NCBI RefSeq assembly: GCF_001194135.2
Contig: NC_068997.1
Span: forward strand, 31,944,552 to 32,008,249
Origin: Octopus bimaculoides
Lineage: Eukaryota
Reading direction: 5' to 3'
Length of the DNA stretch: 63,698 bases
In this document: positions 14,390 through 25,866 of the stretch, piece after piece
Layout: each line of letters begins with the position of its first letter
Numbering within the stretch: the first letter of the stretch is position 1
Notes under the pieces: generated by a model
What the model saw: only the letters and a program-made list of their open reading frames with translations
Told to the model about the DNA's origin: nothing
Databases searched by the model: none
Position numbers and translations under genes: made by a program

Positions 14390-14719
14390 TCAGTCTTCTT
14401 GTAATGCAGGCTTGCTGCGACTCTGGTATAGCATTTTGATGCGTTCGTGGGTGCTGGCTGCAGCAGCGACAGCAGCTCTGCTCTGGGGGCTCAGGTTCTC
14501 GGGTGACGCAGATGACTTCGATGATGGGCTGGACAGAATTAGGGGCAAAGGGGAGTGATGCAATGGAGAGGGGTGGCTGACCAGAGGGAAACTGATGCCT
14601 CGTTTCCGAAGTTCGTCTTGCAATATGGCGTTCTCACGCGACATAGTCTCAAATATCGTTTGATAATGCTGCACCTGTAACTGCAGTTCCTTGTTCGCTT
14701 GGATATACTTTTGCTGCAA
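14390..14719 (-). CDS. SKI: SKI/SnoN terminal coding exon
   Basis: ctttcttctttttcttttcag|TTG...TGA, 109 aa: LQQKYIQANKELQLQVQHYQTIFETMSRENAILQDELRKRGISFPLVSHPSP...KPALQED*. Heptad-like first half followed by a Ser/Pro/Ala-rich tail. Confidence 0.9.
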   Translation of the reverse strand: MQQKYIQANKELQLQVQHYQTIFETMSRENAILQDELRKRGISFPLVSHPSPLHHSPLPLILSSPSSKSSASPENLSPQSRAAVAAAASTHERIKMLYQSRSKPALQED

Positions 14720-14807
14720 CTGAAAAGAAAAAGAAGAAAGCACAAATAGAGGTAAGAAATTAATTGTAATATTAGAGGTAACAGTAGAGTAGAAGATTAC
14801 TTTTTTG

Positions 14808-15472
14808 AGGGATGGGGTCCTGCAAGCAAAATAGTAAATTAAGGACCCTCAGTAGTATATAAAGAGTCCATGAAAAAATGTTACCTTGGATGTATTTATT
14901 GCAAGAAATAGCTAGATTTCTTTCTCTAAAGTTTTACATAGACACAGGTGTAGCATTGCAGTAAGAAGCTTGCTTCCCAACCACATGGGTCTGGATTCAG
15001 TCCCACAGCATGCCACCTTGGGCTACTGTCTTCTACTATAGCTACAGGTCAACCAAAACCTTGTGAATGGATGTGGTAGACGGAAAACTGAAAGGAGCTT
15101 GTCATATATATGTGTGTGTGTCTGTGCGTCTGTGTTTGTCCCCAAACACCACTTATCAACCAGTGTTGGTGTATTTACCTCCCCATAACTTGGCAGTTCA
15201 GTAAAAGAGACCAATAGGATAGGAACCAGGCTTTAAAAAAAGTCCTGGGATGCATTCATTCAACTAAAACCCTTAATGGTAGTGCTTAAGAATGGCCACA
15301 GTCTAATGAGTGAAACAATAAAAGATAAAATATAGTTCAACCTATAAAAGTTAACATGTGAAAAACAAAATTAGGAATTTTCAAAGTAATATCTATAAAA
15401 TTAGTTTTCAAATATCAAATGGCTATGGGGGTTCACCAGAGTGAAATAGTAATCAATGGTTGAGAACCACTG
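14808..15472 (-). mobile_element. hAT-like MITE (same family as 25277-25626) carrying a SINE insertion
   Basis: Ends ggttgagaaccactg at 15472 (reverse complement CAGTGGTTCTCAACC); internal similarity to the 25.3-kb copy. Left boundary approximate. Confidence 0.6.
14942..15335 (+). mobile_element. family A SINE, long form, inserted in a hAT-like MITE
   Basis: Head, caccttgggc core, (TG)n stretch and 3' part ending ggccacagtctaatgagtgaaacaataaaagataaaa. Approximate target duplication catag/tatag. Confidence 0.8.
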
Positions 15473-15605
15473 CAGTAGAGTATGGCAATGAGGTTTCTAT
15501 TTCCTCTCATTTTTTTTTTTTTTGTTCTCACATTCGAAGGTGCTCTTTAGAGATTGAACATCCAAGGATCCTAGCCATTTCAGGATCTCTTCCGACAAGA
15601 TACAA

Positions 15606-16453
15606 TATTCCATAGCTGGTGTGCAAGAGAGACGATTGCGCTGGAATGGTCACGTGGCGAGAATGGATGAGGATAGGTGTGTGAAAAAGTGCCACACCCT
15701 AGCGGTTGAGGGAACCTGTGGAAGAGGTGGACCCACAAAGACCTGGGATGAGGTGGTGAAGCACGACCTTCGAACATTAGGCCTCACCGAGGCAATGACT
15801 AGTGACCGAGACCTTTGGAAATATGCTGTGTGTGAGAAGACCCGGCAAGACAAGTGAGACCATAACTCGTGGCCTTTACCAGGAGTGTAGCCAGCCCACT
15901 TATGCATACCTTTCTGTCTTTGGACACAAAACTCTGCTTGCGAAGACGCGTTGAGGCAAGTGAAATCGAATTTGAAATCAGACCAAATTCTACGACTGGC
16001 ACCCATGCCAGTGGAGCGCTAACAGCACCATCCGAGCAGGTTCACAGCCAGAGCAGCTGTCTGGCTTCCGTGCCGGTGGCACGTAAAAAGCACCGTTTGA
16101 GCATGATCATTATCAGCATCGCCTTACTGGCACTTGTGCCGGTGGCATGTGAACAAAACATTCAAGCGAGGTTGTTGCCAGTGCCGCTGGACTGACTCCT
16201 GTGCAGGTGGCATGTAAAAAAACACCATTTGAGCATGGCCGTTGCCAGTACCACCAGACTGGCCCTCGTCCCATTGGCACGTAAAAGCACTCACTACATT
16301 CTCGGAGTGGTTGGCATTAGGAAGGGCATCTAGCAGTAGAAACTCTGCCAGATCAGATTGGAGCCTGGTGCAGCCATCTGGTTCACCAGTCCTCAGTCAA
16401 ATTGTCCAACCCATGCTAGCATGGAAAGCGAACGTTAAACAATGATGATGATG
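15606..16453 (+). mobile_element. 5'-truncated RTE-clade LINE (RT C-terminus, 3'UTR and (GAT)n tail)
   Basis: 15621-15857 encodes QERRLRWNGHVARMDEDRCVKK...GRGGPTKTWDEVVKHDLRTLGL, the RLRW-x-GHV-x-RM / GR-x-x-x-W signature of RTE ORF ends. The element ends gcatggaaagcgaacgttaaacaatgatgatgatg. Confidence 0.88.
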
Positions 16454-17689
16454 TTTACTACTGTTACTATCTAATCCAATAGAATCTGGAAGGAGTTGCA
16501 TTCATTTCTTCCAACTAACAAAGCACTTATATAAACTGCACAGTGTCATTCATGATGAGCTGTATAGACAGCCACGAAAAAGCTCGCATAGAACCTATTT
16601 ATAGAAAGGAATATCTTGGTGCAGAATTGAAATAACCATCTTCATAGTTCCTATGAGCAACTGACGGAACAGGGATCATAGATTGTACCCTTATTCCTAA
16701 TACATACAAATGTTTGAATGCATATATATATAATTATACACACACACATATATCGTGCGTGCAGTGTTGGATGTATGATTACTACTGTATGAGTTAGAGC
16801 TCCATGTAGATTATCATTATCCAGTCAGCTTCCATTAGGGCTAGTCGGTCTACCATCGTACTTTGTAGTGTTACTATTTACGATGTACTATTAGTTTCTA
16901 CGATTCACCATTGCAGTTATTTGGAATGCCAAGCTCCAAATAATTATTTACACTTGTGTTTCATTTTCCCACATACATGTGTATATATGTATGAAGATGA
17001 ACACCAATGTTTCAAGTGACAGGCTCAATAATTGTTAAGGTCTTCCTTAACATGAAACCAATGGTAGCCTTAATCCATAAATAAACAATCTTTATCCACC
17101 AATGTGGCGTTGAGAATTAATTCTCTTTGGTAGACATTTACTTATCATATATATGTGTGTATCTATATATATGTTGCATTATGACTGATAAATAATATCA
17201 AAGATGTCAAAAAACTATAGCAGACAAAAGAAATGCAGAATGACATGTTTGTGTTTATTAAACAATTCAAGCAATAGTATCTAGGAGGCAACCACCACAT
17301 TTCATGATCACACGCTGCTCTTTCAAGCCTCCTGTCTCCATATGTCTCAATTCAAAAGTAACAAAATCATCTACTTGTGTTGCATAATGGATACAAATGT
17401 GTGTGTGTGTGATGCTCACAATAATCATATTACATATACATACATTCAAATAAACATATGTACATTTAGAAGCATACACACTTGTAGACATACACACACA
17501 TAAGACATATCACACATTCTACACACTGTGCTGCTCAAACAGCACCAAAGCAAAAGCTAACAAACATTTGCATAAATATGTATTTGATAGGCTTCCATAC
17601 AGTTTCCATCTAGTAAAATTTCACTGACACAACATTAGTCATCCTGAGACTTAAGAGTAGAGGACACTTGCCCAAGGCACCACAAAGAG

Positions 17690-17726
<37 letters not shown>

Positions 17727-17773
17727 AAATATATATACATGGATGAAACAAACACATATAGAAGTCTACTCAC

Positions 17774-17962
17774 TTCCTTTGGTTCGATTTGTTTACTGAG
17801 ACTATCAATCTCCTTCAAGAGCCGTTCCTTGCCTTCCTCAGCATCGTGCAGACGGCACTCTGTCTCAATCCGCATGTTTTCTAATCGTTTCCGCAGTTTT
17901 TTCTTCCTCTCTACACACCGGAGGATTTTAGTTTTCGCTGTTGCCCGAACCTTCGTCAGTAA
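17774..17962 (-). CDS. SKI: SKI/SnoN exon, coiled coil
   Basis: ttctttcttccacag|TTA...GAA|gtgagt, 189 nt, phase 0-0, after a 121-nt intron. Translates LLTKVRATAKTKILRCVERKKKLRKRLENMRIETECRLHDAEEGKERLLKEIDSLSKQIEPKE; similar to SKI [31 protein letters not shown]. Confidence 0.94.
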
Positions 17963-18083
17963 CTGTGGAAGAAAGAAAGGAAGCAATAGAATAGAAACAA
18001 TTTAGAAAGTGATGGTACTACTGAATTGCAGCTATGTGGATTTTACCAATAAAGCAAAAAGAACTTAGCAAGATTAAGCTTAC

Positions 18084-18277
18084 ATCTCGTAACTGTTGTC
18101 GGGATCGGTCCATCAGGTGCAGTCGCTGTTGATGCAGAGATCGCAAGTTTGTAAAATCGTGAAGGAACTTCCGTTTCGACTCTGTGCAGTCACCAACTTT
18201 ACCCTCAAGGGCTTGCTTCACCATGTCCAGCTCTATTTCAAAGGTGTCTTCTAGTTTCGGTGATAAGGGTTCATCAC
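18084..18277 (-). CDS. SKI: SKI/SnoN exon, start of C-terminal coiled coil
   Basis: ctgcttttcag|GT...GAT|gtaagc, 194 nt, phase 1-0. Translates (G)DEPLSPKLEDTFEIELDMVKQALEGKVGDCTESKRKFLHDFTNLRSLHQQRLHLMDRSRQQLRD; similar to SKI ELEHLRQALEGG...KEKFLHE. Confidence 0.94.
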
Positions 18278-18578
18278 CTGAAAAGCAGATTAGATAGTAA
18301 GAGAAATGACAGGTTGTTTATGTACAATACGCTCAGTGGTATGGGTAACTAAAGTACCCTGAGTAGTGGTAAAGATAGGCTAAGGAAGATTTGGGTAGAG
18401 AAGATATGGCAGAGGACATGGAACCTCAAAGATAGAACTACTAGAGCAGGAGTTTAGAACACCCATTTAATATATATCAACATCAACAATAAAAGGCATA
18501 GTGACCATAGACGAGGAAGAAAATGAGGAGGGGGTGACAGTGATGATTATGATGATGAATAAACAGACTACAACTCAC

Positions 18579-18862
18579 CCGTTTCCTCAAATTCAGTAAT
18601 CGACTCCTCGGAATCAGATGAGAAATCATAGGCCTTCTCTTTGCTTTTGCTCAAATTCGTTGATGTCTCTTGATAAATTTTACTCTCTTTGGTCAGCGCA
18701 ACTGGTTCTTTTGAGATCTTTGACACTGCAGCTTCTGCCAACTGATGTAAACCATTCCGCTCCATTTCAGACTCTTTCAGCTCACTTTTGATTTTGCTAT
18801 CAGGTAATCGTTGTTGTGGCAACGGTGCCAGAGACACGTTTGGTGTGAAGTGGCGTTCATAC
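18579..18862 (-). CDS. SKI: SKI/SnoN internal exon
   Basis: tattacag|G...G|gtgagt, 284 nt, phase 2-1. Translates (R)YERHFTPNVSLAPLPQQRLPDSKIKSELKESEMERNG...SSDSEESITEFEET; PNVSLAP matches the conserved SKI PNVALAP motif. Confidence 0.93.
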
Positions 18863-18865
18863 CTG

Positions 18866-18919
<54 letters not shown>

Positions 18920-20291
18920 ATACAAAAATTAATGCTGAAAACAATACATGTGAATGTCTGCAGATAGATATTTATATTATTTTTTTAGTAGCAAGATAAC
19001 CCTGTTCAAGCAGACTTGTCTTTAGAAGTATTCCAGCAGTGAATATACCATATATTTGGGATTTCTCTGTTGAATGTTCTTTACATTTTTTTTTTTTTTT
19101 TTACCAGAAGAATTTAGTAAAATAATTAAGTCATTTTAACCTGATGTATAGAACATAAATTAAGAACCAGGGCAGCTTGAGCTAAGTTGGTATCTAAAGG
19201 GCTCTAAAACAATAAATGTGATTTGAGAGAAATTTGGCTACTATTTCTTACAGATCGAACAACTGATTAGAGGCTCCCCTCACTGATTTATATGTATAAT
19301 AATTAGTGTGTGAAAGGCAGTAAGCTAGCAGAAACAGTAGCATGCTGGGCAAAACAGCAGCATTTCATCCATCTTTATGCTCTGAGTTCAGATTCTGCTG
19401 AGGTTAGCTTAGCCATTCATCCTTTTGGGGATGATAAAATAAGTAATAGTTGATCGCCAGGGTCTATGTAATCAACTTACTCCATCTTCTGGGATTGCTG
19501 GCCTTGTGTCAAAATTTGAAAGCAATATTTAATGTGTGCAGTAAAGTTTAACATAAAAGCATAATTAATATCACAAACTTTGACCGTAATTTAGGTAAAT
19601 TGCTATCAACCATGACCTCAGCTAATGGTTGAAGTAAAACATTGGGAGTGAAATTGGAAACTCATTGAATGAATTGTATTGGTAATTCAAAGGATTAATT
19701 TTTATCATTCATCATCCAGCTAAGTTAGCTTCAAGATAATTTTAGGAATACAAACATCTGTGGAATACTCAATCACTTATCTCATGCCCCCCCCTTTCCC
19801 TCTCACATGCGTGTGTCCCTTTGTCTTGACACTGTGTGATGGTTATAAACAAATGTTACCACCATATGAGTGATGTCAGTTATTTCTAAACTTCCATGAA
19901 AGTATATCAGGTCATGGGGAAACATTACCTTGTTTTGAAACAAGAAAGGGTAGGCAATAGGAAAGGCATCCAGCTGTAGAAACATGTCATGATGAATTCC
20001 ATCTGACCCATGGAAAAATGTACACTAAAACAATGATGATATGAGTGTTACTCTGTGTGTGTGTATATGTATGTGTGTGTGTGTGTGTGTATGTGTGTGC
20101 ATTCAATATTTGAATATTAGCTTTTATTCATTTATACATAATACATACATGCATGTAGATGCACAGAGTTGTGTGTGAATGCTAAAAGCTAATGCATACA
20201 TACATGGTGAATGTTACATACATACATAGATTATACACACAAACCCATGTTTACAAATTCTCTCTCTCTCTCTCCCACACACACTTGAATG

Positions 20292-20514
20292 TATGAGGGG
20301 GTACTGAAAAGTTTCTGGCTTTAAGGGTATCATCAGAAAGGCCTGGTTGGAGGCTTGGCATTCCAAGTTCTTTTTACAGGGCTTAGAAAAACTGAAGGAC
20401 CACTGCAATAAATGTGAGAATCTGAGAGAGGAATATATTGAACAAAATCATAACTAACTGATCCTCCTGTATTTTCTTTTATCCAAAGCCAGGAACTTTT
20501 TAGCACTTCCTTGA
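20292..20514 (+). mobile_element. mariner-derived MITE
   Basis: About 29-bp TIRs, tgagggggtactgaaaagtttctggcttt and aaagccaggaactttttagcacttccttg, preceded by TA. The interior encodes GLEKLKDHCNKCENLREEYIEQ, resembling a mariner transposase C-terminus. Confidence 0.75.
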
Positions 20515-20719
20515 ACACAGACACAGGGCTTGTCCAACAGAGTCAACACCAAAGAAAGTGAATCGCCCATCTGACTCTTCACCAACACCACCCTACATCT
20601 AGTGTCCATCCATGCCAATCACTTCGCAATCCCACACCTACCCAATCAAATACAAGAACAAAAAAAGATAACGTTTCAAAAACCAGAGTATATGTGGAAA
20701 AGTCCTGTCAGTTAATTAC

Positions 20720-20809
20720 CTTGCTGATTCCGAATGGGGTATCACACGTTCCGGGTGGAGTAAAACAGGTGGCCCAGTCTGTAGATAGGAGGGCAACGAC
20801 CGAGGCAAG
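20720..20809 (-). CDS. SKI: SKI/SnoN internal exon (symmetric, 90 nt)
   Basis: tgttgtattacag|C...AG|gtaatt, phase 2-2. Translates (S)LPRSLPSYLQTGPPVLLHPERVIPHSESA(R); maintains frame between flanking exons. Confidence 0.88.
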
Positions 20810-21644
20810 CTGTAATACAACAGACTAAACATCAATGATAGATAGGAGAACTTGCAGTGAGGGGTGGCTGTGTGTATTGCTGGGTGGATCTATTCTACTA
20901 CTGGGTGGCTACTGGGTATGTGGGTTGGATAGAATACTATGGGATAAAAACAGTGAGGGAAAGTGTGATGCAGGGTGTCAGATTTGGCTAAGGTATGTGG
21001 AAGTTGATTTGGGGAAGACAAAGCCGCTAGAGTATGGATTAGAGAGGTATGGTGTATGCATATAATGTATTGGTTGTAAATTATAAGTAGCTAACAGATG
21101 TCTGCATGTGTATTGTGTATGTGCATGTAAATGTATATGTGGGCAGTGTGCATGTATGCGTATATATATGCGTTTGTGTGTACATGTGCATGTGTGTGTA
21201 AGAGCTGAGGCAACAGACCGTTATACAAGAAATCAGTGAGATAAAGGTGGCTGGATGCAGTGTTTGGTTAGTTCAGACGTCAGGAGAGAGTGACAACTCT
21301 TTGGCTGACTCCAAGAGAGTGCAAGTACGGTGAGTTGTTTACATGTGTGCAGTGACTGAGAGAAACCAAATCACAAGAGATGAAGCAGTTGTAGCATCTA
21401 CTGTTCTGTTTCTGTTAATATCAACAATCAATCAAAAATTCTTTTTATTTATATTCCCATTCAATCATCACTATGAACCAACAGAGGACACAGTAAAAAA
21501 AAAAACTTATAGGTTGACAAAAACAGTACAACTGTGTACAGTTATGAAAATACAACATACATTCTCTACAGACATAACCAAAGACATGTAAATATGGCTA
21601 ATAAATATACATCTATCTATTTACCTATGCATGTGCGTATGTAT

Positions 21645-21746
21645 CTGTGTGTGTGTGAGAGAGAGAGAGTGAGAGAATGTGTGTGTGAGAGAGAGAGAGT
21701 GAGAGAATGTGTGTGTGAGAGAGAGAGAGTGAGAGAATGTGTGTGT
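21645..21746. repeat. 30-bp minisatellite x3 built from (GT)n(GA)n
   Basis: Unit gtgtgtgtgagagagagagagtgagagaat repeated three times. Confidence 0.85.
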
Positions 21747-22310
21747 GGTGTGAAATTAAGATTATTGTTATTTGCAAAAACTAGTTTAAAGAATAACAAC
21801 AAACATTTACAGATAGAGTGACTCAATACTCAGACTAGAGCAACATTTATTGTACAATTTGTATTGACTGGGATCTAATGGTCTGTTAACAGTTCAAAGA
21901 GATCTCAAGTCATATTCACAGTGCACCTTGGTGCAGTCCTATCAAATTGTTCAGCTCCTGTCAACCCATGCCTGCATGGAAGACAGACATTAAACGATGA
22001 TGATATATGTGTGTGTGTGTGTGTGTGTGTGTATTGCTTAGGCATTGCAAGATAAATAACCTGATGTGTACAGCTCAATATACATATGTTTCAGAACAAA
22101 GTGTTACATGAGTATAAAGAAGTAATTTGGAAAAGAGCTGACACACAAAAGATGACGGTTATGTTATGAACTTCATAACATAACCATCATCTTTCCTGTA
22201 TCCTATCTTTTTCTTTATAAGTATATATGTATATATATATTTAAAGAAGTTTGCTTTAGAATCATATGGCTAAGGGTTCAATCCCACTGCATGGATGCTG
22301 TTGATAAAAA

Positions 22311-22342
<32 letters not shown>

Positions 22343-23911
22343 TCCCCCTCATCTTCATATGTATATGCTGATCATAAACAAAAGCTTTCAACATCTGTAC
22401 AGACAGCATTGTTTTCTTTGCAGCCATCCCATAAAAGTCATGTCCAAACTGTTCGTTGCTTGACAGACTGGAGGAATTATTACCTTGTTAGGAAACAAGC
22501 AAGGGTTTGTGCCAGAAGGGGCATACAGCCAGGCAAAATTCTGGCACAAAGAATTCATATCCGATGATACCTGTAAGCATGTAAAAGCAGACATCACAAT
22601 GACAATGATAAGTCAGGTGTATATGCTATTGTCACCATTTTTAATGTCCAGTTTTCCAAATTTGCATGAGTCTGACAGAATTCATTAAAACAGATTTTTC
22701 ATTAGCCAGATGCCGTTCCTGTCACTAACCTTTGCTGCTTCCAAGCAAAGTAATATTTCCCCATTGTTGAACATGTTTTTACAGAAGACTGGAAATGAAG
22801 GACATTATTTGTCTGACAGTGATCGCTCATCTATAACCACAATGTGATATCAAGATATGGAAATACAATCACACATACATGTATATGATGGGCTTTTTTC
22901 AGTTCCTGTCTACGATCAGATCCATTCACAAGGCAGCAAAGAGCGATAGAAAAAAGAACACTTGCGTAAAGACTACTAAAGTGGGACTGAACCCATAACC
23001 ATACAGTTAGGAAACGAACTTCTTAACCACAAAGCCATGTTTGTGCTTATATAAAATATATAAACAATATAGAGAGAGAAGAGGGAGAGATATATATGTA
23101 TAAATAATAACATATTCACATTCACATACACTTAGATTTTCTCATGACATATTCAGCCATGAGAAAGAGATCAAAGTGTCTAATTCAATCACTGAAATTA
23201 AACTTCAGAATGTTGAGGCAACAACATTGGCCCTGTCAGCAGTCAAAGAGAGGGTGGGGTCTCTACATGAATACAAAACAACTGAGTGAGATGTGTGCGT
23301 GTGTGTGTGTTGCTAAGGAAGGACCTAAATGAATTCATGTATCTAGATCAGATGTGAGAGTTGTTTATGAAAATTGAATATGTGAATGTGTGTGTGCTTG
23401 TATTTGCATAGAAATCATATGAACTGTTTGTTTGTTTGTTTTCCTTCTTTCTTTTCTATTGTGAAGATAAACAAGGTTATGTAACACTTTTGATCCATAG
23501 TGTGTCATTGTATAAGTTTAACAGACACAGCTAATGCATACAAGTCATGCTAGCAGTATGAAGCGGTGATCTTTTCTTTAAGAAAACAACTCTAAATTGA
23601 ACTTCCCACTCCACTCTCCCCCCTTTCCCCAAGTATTCTCTACACTGGCAAGAAGTATTTTATGAAATCAGCTTGCAAAGTCAAGCTATCCAAGGTGTAG
23701 TACCAGCTACAACTTAAGTAAAAGAGTGTATACGGAGCCAACAGGTCAAAACAGATCTGCCAATTTCTGTAAGCAGTCATTCATCAATTTAATGTGCTTT
23801 CATATAAAGGTGGCATGCACCAACATTTACTTGACCTAAAACTGAACAGAAGGTACAATGTTATTGCAGTCATTAGCTTTAGGAACAATACGTGTGTGTG
23901 TGTGTGTGTGT

Positions 23912-24210
23912 TGTGAAGGCACATGGCCTAGTGGTTAAGGTGTTGCACTCATGATTGCAAGATTGTGGGTTTGATTCCCAGACTAGGCAGTGCATCATGT
24001 CTTTGAGCAAAAACACTTCATTGCACTTTGCTCTGCAATCACTTTGACATCTGATGTGAGTTGCATGCATGTGCATCCATACAAGCAATGTAGATTTGAT
24101 GGAGGGAGGGAGGGAGTAATGTACAGCACATATAATTTAATCACCAGAAACAAATTATCTCTGTGGTTGTTCAGTAAGAAATTGCAGCAGAACCTTTATC
24201 TGTTTTCTAA
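23912..24210 (+). mobile_element. tRNA-derived SINE (family C here)
   Basis: gcacatggcctagtggttaagg (A-box), gtttgattccc (B-box), tctttgagcaaaaacacttc core; a second copy lies at 39241-39425. Confidence 0.75.
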
Positions 24211-24361
24211 CAGAAGAATCCATACTATATATGTTTATATCTATCTATCTATCTATATATATATATATAATAATAAAAATAATAATTTTTAAAAATGACA
24301 ACAAAAGAATGAGACTTAGATATTAGGTAAATAAAGTATATTTACATATATATACATTGTA

Positions 24362-24528
24362 TAGGACAATCAGTAAGTTGTCATGATAATACTCAGAGTT
24401 TCAAATGCCAGAGCTAAGAACTACGATGCATTCTCTATTGTCATAATAGCCAATGAGAATGCATCATAGCTCTTAGCTCTGGCGTTTGAAACTCTGAGTA
24501 CTATTATGACAACTTACTGATTGTCCTA
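24362..24528. mobile_element. fold-back element / palindromic MITE
   Basis: 74-bp arms differing by 5 transitions, 19-nt spacer, TA at both termini. Confidence 0.7.
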
Positions 24529-24541
24529 AACTATACATATA

Positions 24542-24593
<52 letters not shown>

Positions 24594-25276
24594 TCACTTA
24601 GTCATAGCAATAATAATACTTGGTGGTGATTCACAAGCATGCAATTATGAATGCATTGCATCTTATAGCAGAAACAGTTGTAAGCTAATGAAGTTTGTAA
24701 CATAAATTTCTTTTTCTTTTGTCATTTTAATTTCCTACATATATATATTAGCACAGGATACATCAGAGCAAGATGTGGGTCCTTCAATAAGCTGAATCTT
24801 GTCAAACCATCCAACCCATGCCAGCATGATAAGCAACATGATATAATGATGAATAATGATGGTGGTATGCGCAAAAACACATACAAACACACACACGCAC
24901 ACAAAATGTATACAGTCGTTCAATTGGCTGAACTACCAGGATCACTGAATGCATGCATAGTGGTTGAGTATTTCCACAGACAGATGTATCCTTAACATAA
25001 TTCTCAAATGGAGTTGGTAAAACAGTGTGTGACAAGGCTAGACCTTTGAACTACAGAACTACAATACATCCAAACGGTTTGTATACCACTGTTACTACAG
25101 TCTAACCAATTTCAGTCAAATGATATGGGCCAACCCAAGGCTACAGGAAATAACACCTGCCCAAGATGACACACAGAAAATGAACTATATATATATGCAT
25201 GTATATAGGTGTGCGTATATACACACACACAAATACAATATGTTAAAACACAGCCTCAATAATGTATTCATCTAAC

Positions 25277-25626
25277 CTAGGGGTTCTAAACCATTTTTTA
25301 TCTATGGACCCCTATGATTACTATTTTATTTTGGTGAACCCCCATAGCTATTTGATATTTAAAAACTAGTTTTATAGAAACGTCTTTCAAAATTCTTATT
25401 TTGTTCTTCACACATTCACTTGCGTAAGCTGAACTATGTAAAACATTTGAGAAAGAAACCCAGCTGTTTCTTGCAATATATACCAATACACACATCTAAA
25501 GCAAAATTGTTTTAAGGACCCTTAAAATACTGTTGTGAATCTCCAATTTACTATTTTGTGGCATGGACCAAAAAAAATCTTATATGGATCCTCAGGAGCC
25601 AATGAGAACCCCGATTGAAAACTACC
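25277..25626 (+). mobile_element. hAT-like MITE
   Basis: Degenerate CAGGGGTTCTCAACC-type ends; the interior matches the reverse complement of 14810-14941 plus 15336-15472. Confidence 0.6.
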
Positions 25627-25727
25627 CATCTAACCCATGCTAGCATGGGAAGATGGGCATAGAACAAACAAGCAAATACACACACTATATATTATGTATA
25701 TACATATGTATATGTGTGTGTGTGTTT

Positions 25728-25773
<46 letters not shown>

Positions 25774-25866
25774 TCACACACACATTCATATCTACATGCA
25801 ACTAATATTCTACGAGGTGTGGTGGTATGTGTGAGTGGGAGTTTAACATCAAATTTAAGCACTTAC

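Noticed and set aside
18700-18720. PVALT as a CtBP-binding PxDLS-like motif
   Set aside because: Lacks the key acidic residue.
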